Notes: generated by a model not told the origin, from the sequence alone. A stretch of 64,000 nt of DNA from Candidatus Staskawiczbacteria bacterium (GCA_041661545.1 JBAZUH010000001.1:83877-147876), one strand, 5' to 3'. Counted from the stretch's first letter, positions 26,626-36,478 are shown. Numbers and translations: made by a program.

Positions 26626-27450
26626 ATGAAGCAATATTTAGACTTACTTAAGAAAATAATGGACGAGGGCATAGACAGGCCAGATAGAACCGGTGTTGGT
26701 TCGCGGGCAATTTTTGGCCAACAATTAAGGTTTAATATGGCAGACGGGTTTCCGGCAATGACAACAAAAAAGTTAGCTTTTGAAACAATGAAGGCAGAAT
26801 TATTATGGTTTTTATCGGGAAGTTCAGATAATAAAATTTTACAAGAAATGGGTTGTCATATTTGGGACGGAAATGCCAATGCTGATTATTGGAAACCAAA
26901 AGCAAAATTTGAAGGTGATTTGGGTAGAGTTTATGGGGTGCAGTGGAGAAGCTGGAAATCACTATATACAGATGTGCCCATTGATCAAATAACAAATGCT
27001 ATAGAGCAACTAAAGAAAAATCCACAAGACAGAAGAATTATTGTAACAGCTTGGAACCCAGCAGAATTAGATATGATGGCTTTGCCTCCATGCCATATGT
27101 TTTTTCACTTTTTTTCAGTAGAAGGTAAATTATCCTTATTAATGTATCAGCGCAGTTGCGATACATTTTTAGGTGTGCCATTTAATATTGCTTCATATTC
27201 TTTGCTGTTGCATATGGTGGCTCAGGTAACAAATTTAGAGCCATGGGAGTTTGTGCACATTTTAGGAGACACGCATATTTATTTAAATCATTTTGAGCAA
27301 GTAAAAGAACAAATTGCCCGCGAGCCATATGCTTTGCCAAAGATTTGGTTAAACCCAGAAATAAAAAATATATTTGATTTTAAAATGGAAGACATAAAAT
27401 TGGTTGATTATAAATATCATCAAACAATTAAAGCCCCCATGGCCGTATAA
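26626..27450 (+). CDS. thyA: Thymidylate synthase (ThyA type)
   Basis: DRTGVG, RRIIVTAWNP, LPPCH. Confidence 0.95.
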   Translation: MKQYLDLLKKIMDEGIDRPDRTGVGSRAIFGQQLRFNMADGFPAMTTKKLAFETMKAELLWFLSGSSDNKILQEMGCHIWDGNANADYWKPKAKFEGDLGRVYGVQWRSWKSLYTDVPIDQITNAIEQLKKNPQDRRIIVTAWNPAELDMMALPPCHMFFHFFSVEGKLSLLMYQRSCDTFLGVPFNIASYSLLLHMVAQVTNLEPWEFVHILGDTHIYLNHFEQVKEQIAREPYALPKIWLNPEIKNIFDFKMEDIKLVDYKYHQTIKAPMAV

Positions 27451-27453
27451 TTT

Positions 27454-29217
27454 ATGGAATATCAGTCGGAAACAAAAAATTGTCAAAATTGTAAGCAAGA
27501 CTTTGTCATAGAGCCTGATGATTTTGCGTTTTATGAAAAAATGAAAGTACCTGCACCAACCTGGTGCCCAGAGTGTAGATTCAGGCGCAGAATTATATGG
27601 AGAAATGAACGTAAATTATTCCGTGGCAAGAGCGCCTTAAGTGGAAAAAATCTTTTCACGCTTTTTTCTCCGGAATCAGGATATACAATTTACCATAATG
27701 AGGAATGGTGGGGAGGATATGATCCGCTTGTTTATGGACAAGAGGTAGATTTTACGCGACCATTTCTAACTCAACTTTTTGAATTAAACAAAAAAGTTCC
27801 CAAACCATCTGGAAGTAGAATAAGAATGGCTAACAGTGAGTATTCTGATAACGCTTCTGACCTTAAAAATTGTTACTTACTTTTTAATTCTAACTTTACC
27901 GAGGACAGCGCATATGGAAACGGCATAGACCATTGCCAACTCTGTTTTGACAATTCCCATATTCAAAACTGTGAACGATGTTACCATTCTTTTTGGTTAA
28001 CAAATTGTTATCAAGCTCATTTTTCTTCTAGATGTGAGGACTGTACAAATATTTGGTTTTCAAAAGATTGTCGAAGTTGCAATAATTGTATTGGTTGTGT
28101 AAATTTACGTACAAAAAATTATTGCATTTTTAATGAGCAATATTCAAAAGAAGAGTACCTTACCAAACTTAAAGAATTTAATTTTTATTCCTGGAAAAAC
28201 GTTGTTCAAATGAATAAAAATGCTAAAGAATTTTGGCTCAAGTTTCCTAATAAGTTTATGCAAGGAATAAAAAACCAGAATGTGTCGGGCGAATTTATTA
28301 CGCACTCTAAAAATGTTTTAGATAGCTATCTTATAAGAGAAAGCGAAAATTTACGTTATGTGCAATATTCTCAAGTGCCCAGTTCAAAAGATTGCTATGA
28401 TTTATCACTTGGCGGGTGCAACGCCGAACAAATTTATGAATCCTCTGTTTGCGGTTGGGGAGCTTCTAATATTAAATTTTGTTGGGAATGCTGGCATGAA
28501 GCTTTTAACATGGAGTATTGCATGTATTGCCATGGTTCGTCTAATCTTTTTGGATGTTCAGGAGTACAAAAAAAGCAATATTGCATTTTGAATAAACAAT
28601 ACACAAAAGAAGAATATGAGGCAATGGTTTTAAAAATAAAAAAGCACATGGACAATATGCCTTACATGGACAAATTGGGAAGGGTTTATAAATATGGCGA
28701 ATTTTTTCCTGTAGAAGCTTCGCCTCACGCTTATACAAGTAGTATCTCTCCAGATCATTTTCCTTTAACAAAAGAAGAAGCGCTTTTGCAAGGGTTCCAT
28801 TGGGAAGATCCAAATCCTACAGAATATCAAACTACTAAAGATGCTAAAGAGCTCCCAGACAATGTTGAAGGCGTTGGCTTTGAAGTATTAAAAGAAATTT
28901 TAAAATGTGAAAAATGTGGTAAAGCTTATCGAATTATAGAACCAGAACTACAGTTTTTAAAACAAATAGGAATTTCTGTCCCGCATTGGTGTGTTGATTG
29001 CAGGCATAATGACCGTATAAGTCAAAGGAATAGGGCGGTATTTTATGACCGCATATGTCAGTGTAAAGGGAAGGAATCGGAAAATAAAATATATAAAAAT
29101 TTTGTAGCTCACTCGCATGATAAAAGCCCGTGCACAAATAAATTTAAAACATCGTATGCGCCAGATAGGCCCGAGATAGTTTATTGCGAGCGATGTTACC
29201 AACAAGAAGTAATATAA
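27454..29217 (+). CDS. Poly-cysteine double zinc-ribbon protein, paralog 2
   Basis: Same architecture as 6493-8181. Starts 3 nt after the thyA stop. Confidence 0.8.
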   Translation: MEYQSETKNCQNCKQDFVIEPDDFAFYEKMKVPAPTWCPECRFRRRIIWRNERKLFRGKSALSGKNLFTLFSPESGYTIYHNEEWWGGYDPLVYGQEVDFTRPFLTQLFELNKKVPKPSGSRIRMANSEYSDNASDLKNCYLLFNSNFTEDSAYGNGIDHCQLCFDNSHIQNCERCYHSFWLTNCYQAHFSSRCEDCTNIWFSKDCRSCNNCIGCVNLRTKNYCIFNEQYSKEEYLTKLKEFNFYSWKNVVQMNKNAKEFWLKFPNKFMQGIKNQNVSGEFITHSKNVLDSYLIRESENLRYVQYSQVPSSKDCYDLSLGGCNAEQIYESSVCGWGASNIKFCWECWHEAFNMEYCMYCHGSSNLFGCSGVQKKQYCILNKQYTKEEYEAMVLKIKKHMDNMPYMDKLGRVYKYGEFFPVEASPHAYTSSISPDHFPLTKEEALLQGFHWEDPNPTEYQTTKDAKELPDNVEGVGFEVLKEILKCEKCGKAYRIIEPELQFLKQIGISVPHWCVDCRHNDRISQRNRAVFYDRICQCKGKESENKIYKNFVAHSHDKSPCTNKFKTSYAPDRPEIVYCERCYQQEVI

Positions 29218-29221
29218 ATAT

Positions 29222-30901
29222 ATGGACCACCAATCAGAGACTAAAAATTGTCAGAATTGTAAACAAGACTTTGTAATAGAGCTTGATGATTTTGCATTTT
29301 ACGAAAAAATGAAAGTACCCGCACCAACTTGGTGTCCTGAGTGTAGACAATATCGGCGTTTTGTGTGGAGAAATGAGCGGAATTTATATCGTAGAGACTG
29401 TGATCTTTGTAAGAAAAGCATGATAACTATATATTCGTCTGATAAACCATATAAAGTTTACTGTCCAACGTGTTGGTGGAGTGATAAATGGTCTGCACTA
29501 GATTATGGTCAAGATTTTGATTTTTCTAAACCGTTTTTCCCGCAATTACAAGAGTTGCAACTCCAAGTTCCCAGAATTGCCCTTTTAACTAAAAATAGTA
29601 TTAATTCTGAATATACTAATCACGCAAATAACAATAAAAATTGTTATCTTTCTTTTGCTGTATTTGATTGTGAAGATATTCTTTATTCTAGCGAGATATT
29701 TGATCAAGCTAAGAGCCTATGCGATTGTTATAGGATAGAGCACGGAGGTAGCTTGCTTTATGAGTGTATCCATTCTGATAAATGTTACCAATGCCAATAC
29801 GGTATTTTTCTTAAAGATTGTATGGGCTGTATGTATTGTTATGATTGTCGCGGATGTCAAAATTGTTTTCTTTCTTCAAATTTACGCAATAAGCAATATT
29901 ATTTTTTAAATAAAAAATATACAAAAGAAGAATATGAAGAAAAAATCAAAAATTTTGATTTTAGCTCTTATGTTGTTCGAGCCAAATTATATAATGATTA
30001 TATAAATCTTATTAAAAATAAGTCTATTCATCGTTTTGCAATTATTGATAGATCTAATGATGTTACGGGTAACCTTATTATTAATTCTAAAAGAGCATAT
30101 CAATCTTTTGAAGTGAGCAACATGGAAGATACTAAATATTCAAGAGTTGCTACAGACGTAAAAGATTCGATGGATGGCTATAAAATGGGATTTCGTAGTG
30201 AGCTTATTTACGAATGTCATGCTTTAATTCATGATTATAACGTAATGTTTAGCCATTTAAGTTATGATAATTCTCATTTACAGTATTGTGATACTTGTCA
30301 TAACAGCGAAAATCTTTTTGGATGTGTATGTATGAAACAGGGGAGATACGCAATTTTAAATAAACAGTATTCTGAAAAAGAGTATTCTGTGTTGCGCGAA
30401 AAAATTATTGAACATATGAGAAACACAGGCGAATACGGAGAATTTTTTCCACCTAAGTTATCGCCATTTGGTTATGACGAAACACAGGGGCAAGTTCATG
30501 CACCTCTTACAAAAGAGAAAACATTGGAGTGGGGGTTTAAATGGTCGGGTAATCTGCCCGGAACGTTTGGTAAAGAAACATTAAAACCAGAAGAGATTAA
30601 AGATAGTATTAAAGACGTGGATGAAGGCATTCTTAAAGAAGCATTACGTTGTATAAAGTGTAAAAAGAATTATAATATTGTAAGGGCTGAGTTAGATTTT
30701 TATAAACACGAGAACATTCCTGTTCCACGAAAATGTCCAGATTGTCGTTATTTAGATCGTGTTGCTCTTCGTTTGCCGTGTAAGCTTTGGCACAGAAGAT
30801 GTATGAAACAAGGTTGCCAGAATGAATTTGAAACTCCTTACTCGCCAGATAGGCCCGAGATAGTTTATTGCGAGCAATGTTACCAACAAGAAGTAATATA
30901 A
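29222..30901 (+). CDS. Poly-cysteine double zinc-ribbon protein, paralog 3
   Basis: Same architecture, with a 4-nt gap to the previous gene. Confidence 0.8.
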   Translation: MDHQSETKNCQNCKQDFVIELDDFAFYEKMKVPAPTWCPECRQYRRFVWRNERNLYRRDCDLCKKSMITIYSSDKPYKVYCPTCWWSDKWSALDYGQDFDFSKPFFPQLQELQLQVPRIALLTKNSINSEYTNHANNNKNCYLSFAVFDCEDILYSSEIFDQAKSLCDCYRIEHGGSLLYECIHSDKCYQCQYGIFLKDCMGCMYCYDCRGCQNCFLSSNLRNKQYYFLNKKYTKEEYEEKIKNFDFSSYVVRAKLYNDYINLIKNKSIHRFAIIDRSNDVTGNLIINSKRAYQSFEVSNMEDTKYSRVATDVKDSMDGYKMGFRSELIYECHALIHDYNVMFSHLSYDNSHLQYCDTCHNSENLFGCVCMKQGRYAILNKQYSEKEYSVLREKIIEHMRNTGEYGEFFPPKLSPFGYDETQGQVHAPLTKEKTLEWGFKWSGNLPGTFGKETLKPEEIKDSIKDVDEGILKEALRCIKCKKNYNIVRAELDFYKHENIPVPRKCPDCRYLDRVALRLPCKLWHRRCMKQGCQNEFETPYSPDRPEIVYCEQCYQQEVI

Positions 30902-30905
30902 ATAT

Positions 30906-32582
30906 ATGGAGCATCAATTAGAAAATAAAAAATGTCAAAACTGCGAAAAAGATTTTACCATAGAGCTTGATGATTTTGCGTTTTATGAAAAAATGAAAGT
31001 ACCTGCACCCGTTAATTGCCCGAGATGTCGTTTTCAGTGGAGAACACTTTGGCGCAATGAAATGAATCTTTATAGCAGAAAGTGTGAGCTTTGTGGCAAA
31101 TCAATTGTGGCAATGTATAATCAAAACTCTCCTTACACCGTATATTGCCAAGATTGTTGGTTGTCTGATAGATGGAACCCCGCTGATTATGCAATGGACT
31201 ATGACGAGAGCAGGCCATTTTTTGATCAGGTAGGGGCGTTGTTGAAAAAAGTTCCCAAAGCCGGAACTTTTATTTCCAGCGATGTCGGAATAAATATAAA
31301 TACTGAATATGCAAATTTTGCCGGTGGTTTGAAGGATTGCTATCTAGTTTTTAACTCGAGCCCGGACGTAGAAAATTGTTGCTATTCAAGGGGTTTAACC
31401 CATTGCAAAGACGTCTTCGATGGTTACTCTCAAGATAAAGTTGAGAATGGGTATGAAGCCCTTAATGCGCATAATTCTGCTGGCATCATTCACGCTCAAA
31501 ATGTGAATGATTGTATTAATTGTTGGTATGTGCATAGTTGTTCCGGATGTCAGAATTGTTTTGGTTGCGTGAATTTGCGTCATAAATCATATTACTTTTT
31601 AAACCAGCCTCTCTCTAAGGAAGATTACGAGAAAAAAATAAAAGAAATAAAAGGAAGCTATGTAAAAATGGAGGCCTTTAAGAAAGATTTTAATGATCTG
31701 CTCTTGGTGTCACCGCACCGCGAGAACAATAATTTGAAAAGTCCAAAATCTTTTGGAGAATATATTTTTGAATCAAAAAATTGTCGGGATTCTTTCGAAG
31801 TCTCTTTTAGCGAAGATTCGCGTTATCTTTTTTCTAACAAATATGTTAAAGATTGCTATGACCTGCTTGGTCATGGGCGCCAGAGCGAACTGTTACTTGA
31901 TAACGTTGCAGTGGGCACCTCTCAAAGAGTCATTGGGTCTTGGTGGACAATAACTTCTCATGATATATTTTATAGTTTTGGTTTGCGCTCTTGTGAAGAT
32001 TGTTTTGGGTGTGATAGCTTAAGGAATGCTCGTTATTGTATTTTGAATAAGCAATATAGTGAGGAAGATTACAAAAAAATCAAAGAAAATATAATTGCAG
32101 AATTAAAAGAAAAAAATCTTTTTGGTTTATATTTTCCACCTTCAATCAGCCTATTTGCCTATAATGAAACTATTGGTCAAGATAATTATCCTCTCACCAA
32201 AGAAGAGGCTTTAAAATTAGGTTTTAGATGGGAGGATAACATGCAGATTACCAAAGGAAAAGAAACTATAAAAACATCAGATATTCCAGACCACATTAAA
32301 GATGTTGAAGAATCTATTTTAAAAGAGATTTTTGCCTGTAAAGATTGTGAGAGAAATTATAAAATAATACAAGCAGAATTCCAGTTCTATAAAAAAATTA
32401 ATTTGCCACTGCCTAGAAAATGTTTTTTTTGCAGGCATAATGATAGAATAAAAAGGCGAGGCCCAATGGAAATTTATGACAGAAAGTGCACTAAATGTGG
32501 CAAAGATATTAAAACAAATTATGCGCCAGATAGGCCCGAGATAGTTTATTGCGAGCGATGTTACCAACAAGAAGTAATATAA
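30906..32582 (+). CDS. Poly-cysteine double zinc-ribbon protein, paralog 4
   Basis: Same architecture, with a 4-nt gap to the previous gene. Confidence 0.8.
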   Translation: MEHQLENKKCQNCEKDFTIELDDFAFYEKMKVPAPVNCPRCRFQWRTLWRNEMNLYSRKCELCGKSIVAMYNQNSPYTVYCQDCWLSDRWNPADYAMDYDESRPFFDQVGALLKKVPKAGTFISSDVGININTEYANFAGGLKDCYLVFNSSPDVENCCYSRGLTHCKDVFDGYSQDKVENGYEALNAHNSAGIIHAQNVNDCINCWYVHSCSGCQNCFGCVNLRHKSYYFLNQPLSKEDYEKKIKEIKGSYVKMEAFKKDFNDLLLVSPHRENNNLKSPKSFGEYIFESKNCRDSFEVSFSEDSRYLFSNKYVKDCYDLLGHGRQSELLLDNVAVGTSQRVIGSWWTITSHDIFYSFGLRSCEDCFGCDSLRNARYCILNKQYSEEDYKKIKENIIAELKEKNLFGLYFPPSISLFAYNETIGQDNYPLTKEEALKLGFRWEDNMQITKGKETIKTSDIPDHIKDVEESILKEIFACKDCERNYKIIQAEFQFYKKINLPLPRKCFFCRHNDRIKRRGPMEIYDRKCTKCGKDIKTNYAPDRPEIVYCERCYQQEVI

Positions 32583-32598
32583 AAAATAAAATTTTAAA

Positions 32599-33093
32599 AT
32601 GATGATTTCAATGATAGCCGCGTTAGCGGAAAATAGAGTAATAGGAAATAAAAATACAATTCCATGGCATTTGCCTGCAGATTTTAAGTATTTTAAAGAA
32701 ACAACACTTGGTAAAACAATTGTAATGGGTTTAAATACTTTTAATTCTATTGGTGGCAAACCATTGCCTAATAGAAAACATATTATTTTGTGTAACGATT
32801 TAAGCTATGTGGCACCAAAAGATTGCGTTGTGGCTCACTCTATTGAAGAAACATTAGAAATGATAGAGAAAGAGGAGGGAGAGGTTTTTATTTGTGGAGG
32901 GGCTTCTGTTTATAAGCAATTTTTACCAATGGCTAATAAGTTGTATTTAACTTATGTTAAAGCCAGCCCCGAGGGCGACACTTTTTTTCCTGAAATAAAT
33001 ATGTCAGAATGGAAGGAGACGAGCAGAGAAGATCATAAGGCCGATGAAAAGAACATTTTTGATTATTCATTTGTAATATTAGAAAAAAAATAA
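32599..33093 (+). CDS. folA: Dihydrofolate reductase
   Basis: ISMIAALAENRVIGNKNTIPWHLPADFKYFKETT. Confidence 0.95.
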   Translation: MMISMIAALAENRVIGNKNTIPWHLPADFKYFKETTLGKTIVMGLNTFNSIGGKPLPNRKHIILCNDLSYVAPKDCVVAHSIEETLEMIEKEEGEVFICGGASVYKQFLPMANKLYLTYVKASPEGDTFFPEINMSEWKETSREDHKADEKNIFDYSFVILEKK

Positions 33094-33327
33094 ATGTGGT
33101 CATTAGACATTATAGCCAATATAGGGGTTGCTATTTTAGGAATTACAGCTATTATTTTAGTTGCTAAAAAAAATAAGTGGGGTTGGGTGATAGGGTTGTC
33201 ATCACAGCCATTTTGGCTTATTACGTCGTATATAAATGAACAGTGGGGAGTTTTTATACTCACGATAGTTTATATTTTTACTTGGAGTTTTGGAATTTAT
33301 GAATGGTTCTCTAAAGATAAAAAATGA
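33094..33327 (+). CDS. 77-aa three-TM membrane protein (possible SemiSWEET/PnuC-like half transporter)
   Basis: Three hydrophobic helices with conserved Trp residues. Start abuts the folA stop. Confidence 0.4.
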   Translation: MWSLDIIANIGVAILGITAIILVAKKNKWGWVIGLSSQPFWLITSYINEQWGVFILTIVYIFTWSFGIYEWFSKDKK

Positions 33328-33776
33328 AAATAATAAATAGAAAAATTGTTAGCGCGCTAATTTTTTCAAAAGACGGGAAAATTTTTCAAGGCAAAAAACA
33401 TCCAGATAAAGGAGGTGTTTATGCTGATTATTGGCATATACCAGGTGGAGGAGTAGATGATAACGAGACAAACGAGGAAGCCTTAATAAGAGAAATAAAA
33501 GAAGAAACGGACATAGATATTTCTAATTACAAAATTGAATTAATTGATGACAAAGGCAGTGGTGAATCTGAAAAAATTATTGATGGAGAAAAGGTTTTAT
33601 GTAAAATGCAATTTAATGTTTTTAAAGTTATAATTAGTGATAAAAATGCAGAAGATATTAAAATTGATTTAAATGACGATTTGGTAGAATATGCTTGGCA
33701 CGATATGGGTGAACTTAAAAATTATAAATTAACGCCACCTTCAGTGGAATTATTTGAAAGATTAGGTTATATATAA
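33324..33776 (+). CDS. Nudix hydrolase
   Basis: Nudix box GGGVDDNETNEEALIREIKEETD. Confidence 0.8.
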   Translation: MKIINRKIVSALIFSKDGKIFQGKKHPDKGGVYADYWHIPGGGVDDNETNEEALIREIKEETDIDISNYKIELIDDKGSGESEKIIDGEKVLCKMQFNVFKVIISDKNAEDIKIDLNDDLVEYAWHDMGELKNYKLTPPSVELFERLGYI

Positions 33777-33780
33777 ATAT

Positions 33781-35232
33781 ATGAAATACAAGCCAACAAT
33801 TGGGTTAGAAATACATGCCGAGCTAAAAACAAATAGCAAGATGTTTTGCGGGTGTAAAAATGACCCCAATGAAAAAAGACCAAACTATAATATTTGTCCT
33901 GTTTGTACTGCTCAGCCAGGAACTTTACCAGTTGCAAACGAAGAAGCTATTAAAAAAGTTATAAAAACTGGTTTAGCTTTAAATTGTAAAATTGCAGAAA
34001 ATTCTAAATTTGATAGAAAAAATTATTTTTACCCAGACTTGCCAAAAGGTTATCAAATTTCTCAATACGATCAGCCATTATGCGAGGGTGGTTATTTAGA
34101 TATTGGTGGCAAGAAGATTCGAATAACCAGAATACATTTAGAAGAAGATACAGGAAGCCTGGTGCACCCCGAAGGTGCAGATTATTCTTTAGTTAACTTA
34201 AATAGGGCAGGAGTACCTTTAATGGAACTTGTAACAGAGCCCGATATAACTTCGGGCAAGCAAGCAAGAGAGTTTGCCGAAGAGTTACAGAGAATTTTTA
34301 GATATTTAGGAGTTTCTGATGCTGACATGGAAAAAGGGCAAATGCGCGTGGAGCTTAATATAAGTATTTCAAAAAATAATAAATTTGGTACAAAAGTTGA
34401 AATTAAAAATTTAAACTCTTTTAAAGTTGTTGAAAAAGCCGCTGATTTTGAAATTGAAAGGCAAGAAGAGGTTTTAGAGGCGGGCGAAAAAGTTGTGCAA
34501 GAAACAAGGGGTTGGCACGATAAAAAAGAAATTACTTTTTCACAAAGAGAAAAAGAAGAGGCACATGACTACAGGTATTTTCCTGAGCCAGATTTGCCTT
34601 TAATGCATTTTGACGAAAATTATATTATTAATATAAAAAAAACTATGCCAGAATTACCAGAGCAAAAAAGAGAAAGGTTCAAAGAAGAGTACGGCCTAGA
34701 TGCCGACTCTATTGAATTTTTTGTTATAAATAAAAACTTAAGTGAATATTATGAAAAAGTTGTTTCTGAATTTGAAGAATGGACTAAAGAAGAAGAAAAA
34801 GGAGAGGCTCATAAAAATATTTCAAGGTTAATTGCAAATTATTTAATATCAGATTTGCAAGGATTATTATCTGGTAAAGAATTTGTTGAAAAAGATTTTA
34901 AAATTACACCAGAAAATTTTGCCGAGTTTGTTAAAATGATTCATGACGGCGAAATTTCTAGTAAAGTTGCTAAAATGGTTCTTGCAGAAATGTTTAATAC
35001 AGGAGAAGATCCATCTAATATTGTTGAGGCAAATAATTGGAAGCAAATGTCAGATGACCAAGAAATTAAAAAAATTGTAAAAGAAGTTATTGTCAAAAAT
35101 CCAAAAGCAGTAGAAGATTATAAAGCTGGCAAACAAAATGCCTTGCAATTTATGGCTGGCCAAGTAATGAAAGAAACCAGAGGAACCGCCAAGCCAGATA
35201 TGGTGCAAGAGTTGCTAAAAAAATTGATGTAG
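33781..35232 (+). CDS. gatB: Asp/Glu-tRNA amidotransferase subunit B
   Basis: IGLEIHAELKT..KMFC, GatB/YqeY C-terminus. Confidence 0.95.
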   Translation: MKYKPTIGLEIHAELKTNSKMFCGCKNDPNEKRPNYNICPVCTAQPGTLPVANEEAIKKVIKTGLALNCKIAENSKFDRKNYFYPDLPKGYQISQYDQPLCEGGYLDIGGKKIRITRIHLEEDTGSLVHPEGADYSLVNLNRAGVPLMELVTEPDITSGKQAREFAEELQRIFRYLGVSDADMEKGQMRVELNISISKNNKFGTKVEIKNLNSFKVVEKAADFEIERQEEVLEAGEKVVQETRGWHDKKEITFSQREKEEAHDYRYFPEPDLPLMHFDENYIINIKKTMPELPEQKRERFKEEYGLDADSIEFFVINKNLSEYYEKVVSEFEEWTKEEEKGEAHKNISRLIANYLISDLQGLLSGKEFVEKDFKITPENFAEFVKMIHDGEISSKVAKMVLAEMFNTGEDPSNIVEANNWKQMSDDQEIKKIVKEVIVKNPKAVEDYKAGKQNALQFMAGQVMKETRGTAKPDMVQELLKKLM

Positions 35233-35361
35233 AACTTCGCTCGGCAGTCAATTTTCTGCTACCGCCATTGATACGCTTCGCGTCTAAATGGCTTAGTCAG
35301 GCACTTCGTGTCCTGAAATACGCTGAAAATTTACTGCCTCGCTCTACTTTATTGTTTCGCT
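35233..35361 (+). repeat. CTCGCT-box structured repeat, copy R2
   Basis: 35238-35343 differs from 58599-58704 at 3 positions over 106 nt. Confidence 0.8.
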
Positions 35362-35395
35362 ATAATATAAAAATCCCGCGCAGCGGGATTTTTTG

Positions 35396-36286
35396 TTAGA
35401 TAAATTTTTTGATTAACTGTTCGGCTTCTTTGTAGTCTTTTATCCAATTTATTTTTTTACTTCTTTTAAACCAAGTTATTTGTCGTTTTGCATAGTGCTC
35501 CGATTCTATTTGTATATTATTTATCATCTCTTGATAATTAATTTTGTTTTGAAGATATTGTGCTACAAAACGATATTCTAATCCAAATTCTTCTAATCTT
35601 TTCCAAGAAACACCATTTTTGTGAAGTTTTTTTACTTCATTAATCATGGCGTTATTTTTGAGTCGTTTTATGAGGCGTTTGCGAATTAAAGTTTTTAATT
35701 TCTCCGACGATTTTGTAATGCCAAGCTGTAAGGTGTTAAAGCTTGGTTTTTTTGAATTAAGGGTTGGTACGGGTTTGCCAAGCTTAAGGACCACCTCTAG
35801 AGCTCTTACAACGCGCCGAGGATTGTTTTGGTCTATATTACTGGCTCTTACAGGATCTAGCTTTTGGAGCCGTTTAAATAGCTCAGAAAGGGCTATTTTC
35901 TCTAATTTTTTACGAAGAGCCCAGTCTGGCTTTATTTCAGGAATAATAATTCCATCAACAATAGATTGAATATAAAAACCAGTACCACCAACCAAAATAG
36001 GAATTTTATTCTTTTTTTGAATACTTTTTATTGCTTTTAGCGCTAACTTTTGATATTGCACAACAGAAAATCTATTTTTAGGGTTAGCTATGCTAAGTAA
36101 ATGATGGGGAATGCCTGCCGTTTCTTTTTTAGTTACTTTGCCAGAGCCAATATTCATGCCCTTATAAACCTGTCGTGAGTCAGCCGAAACAATTTCGCCG
36201 TCAAATTTTTTTGCCAATTTAATAGACAAATCAGTTTTTCCTGAAGCTGTAGGTCCTAAAATTACGATAAGTTTATTATGTGTCAC
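35396..36286 (-). CDS. miaA: tRNA dimethylallyltransferase
   Basis: GPTASGKT P-loop, DSRQVYKGMNIGS. Confidence 0.95.
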   Translation of the reverse strand: MTHNKLIVILGPTASGKTDLSIKLAKKFDGEIVSADSRQVYKGMNIGSGKVTKKETAGIPHHLLSIANPKNRFSVVQYQKLALKAIKSIQKKNKIPILVGGTGFYIQSIVDGIIIPEIKPDWALRKKLEKIALSELFKRLQKLDPVRASNIDQNNPRRVVRALEVVLKLGKPVPTLNSKKPSFNTLQLGITKSSEKLKTLIRKRLIKRLKNNAMINEVKKLHKNGVSWKRLEEFGLEYRFVAQYLQNKINYQEMINNIQIESEHYAKRQITWFKRSKKINWIKDYKEAEQLIKKFI

Positions 36287-36478
36287 TAGTTTTGATTATT
36301 TTTTCTTCGCTCAATAATGATTCTTTGCTAGCGTTCGCTCGCCAGCGCGGGCTCACTCAGGCTTCGGTAATTTTCCCGCTTCGCGGGACCAAGCAAAATT
36401 ACCTGCAGGGTACGCTTCGAATTCATTATCTCGCTTCGAAAAACTTTATTTGGCTCGCTTAAAAGTTCATTGCTTCGC
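36287..36478 (+). repeat. CTCGCT-box structured repeat, copy R3 (between miaB and miaA)
   Basis: Arms ggtaatttt/aaaattacc around cccgcttcgcggg, then boxes ttcattatctcgct, tttatttggctcgct and ttcattgcttcgct. Confidence 0.65.
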
